Below, piece by piece: positions 63,027 through 64,000 of a DNA stretch of 64,000 bases. A program made the position numbers and the translations under genes. The DNA is taken from NCBI RefSeq assembly GCF_963921235.1, contig NC_086097.1, forward strand, positions 47,928,001-47,992,000. The letters run 5' to 3'. Within the stretch, counting starts at the first letter, position 1; the number at the start of each line of letters is the position of its first letter. Source of the DNA: Mobula hypostoma (lineage: Eukaryota). The notes beneath the pieces were generated by a model. It saw only the letters and a program-made list of their open reading frames with translations. It did no database searches and was not told the DNA's origin.

Positions 63027-63959
63027 GTAAGGCGAGGAAATGAAGCCTGCACTTGCTAAGAATTAGAAACAAAACACAGTGCTGGAAAATTTGGTAGATC
63101 AGCCAGAGTGGAGAAAACAGAAAATACAATTCCTGCTTGGAGTTCCTGTTTGATTGATGTGCTGTGGATTGGCTATTAGCCTTTGTTTACAATGAGTCCA
63201 AAATTCAGATCAATGGAACCTAAACTAGGTACCTGGCTGCGACACTGCCATAACAGTTGAAATTGATTTTTGACATGTTGTTATGGTCATACTATTTGTT
63301 ACACTCTCAATAAATGGGAAAACTTAATGGGTAGTTTTATTCGATTGCACAATAACATCATCCAACGGGTGTCAAAAGTACACTTTCTCATTGTGCTGGA
63401 TTCCTCCCCCAGACAGACACAAAACAGAGAAATATGGGATCCATTCAAAGAAAAGATCAAATACACAGTGTGCAAAAAATGGACAAATCACACAAATGGC
63501 AAAAATAAAAGCAAAAAAAAACGCACAATATAAGATATCAAACACATCCTTGAGGCAGTCTAGGAATGTTCGGTTCAGTTTAATTTAGCGGTGTCGTTCA
63601 GTAACTGCAGGCTGCAGAGCCAGCCTGCCCAGATCAAAATTGCACATAATAGTGAGGAAAAAAAAGAAGTAACCAGAAAAGCATGACGTGCACCGCATAG
63701 TCCAATCCACAAACTGCATCGATTAAACCTTGACCAAGACTCAAGACTTTGGCACCTTCCTCTGGCAGCAGTGAGACAGTGCTGAATACTCATTCACCTT
63801 TCGCTCTCACGAGGCAAACTTGTTTATTTCATGTGGAAAAATACAAGTGAGCAGAAGGTTATCAGAAATAATACCTAAAGGTCGTTTCAGAATCTAGAGA
63901 TCAAACTTTTCTCTAACTTTGGAAAAGAATTACAGAAATCACACTACTGGCAGCTGGTT

Positions 63960-64000
63960 TTGCCTGGCCTGCTGCGTTCACCAGCAACTTTGATGTGTGT
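63960..64000 (+). mobile_element. PLE 3'-terminal fragment running off the window
   Basis: tgcctggcctgctgcgttcaccagcaactttgatgtgtgt matches the PLE ends at ~1137-1175 and ~27515-27555. Confidence 0.8.

Overview
Repeat-rich vertebrate genomic DNA, most likely from a cartilaginous fish (ray or shark; inferred from HE1/V-type SINEs and the CR1 and Penelope content). The only host gene is ASPG (cytosolic L-asparaginase / 60-kDa lysophospholipase) on the + strand. Eleven coding exons (10773-63026) have GT-AG boundaries and consistent phases and join into a 493-codon open frame; the ankyrin-repeat C-terminus continues beyond the window. The flank and introns are filled with Penelope-like elements (PLE), CR1, L1-like, Rex1/Babar and HERO LINE fragments, a decayed Mag-type Gypsy element, a solo LTR, hAT and Tc1/mariner transposons, MITEs and SINEs. 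The most notable signal is the PLE family. It carries a minimal hammerhead ribozyme with a palindromic, loop-less stem III, including an intact copy on the sense strand of ASPG intron 1. At least six insertions share one architecture: two outward-facing 3' ends, a ~40-nt tail on only one of them, and 12-15 bp target-site duplications (TSDs). All calls were made by eye; boundaries of decayed repeats are approximate.
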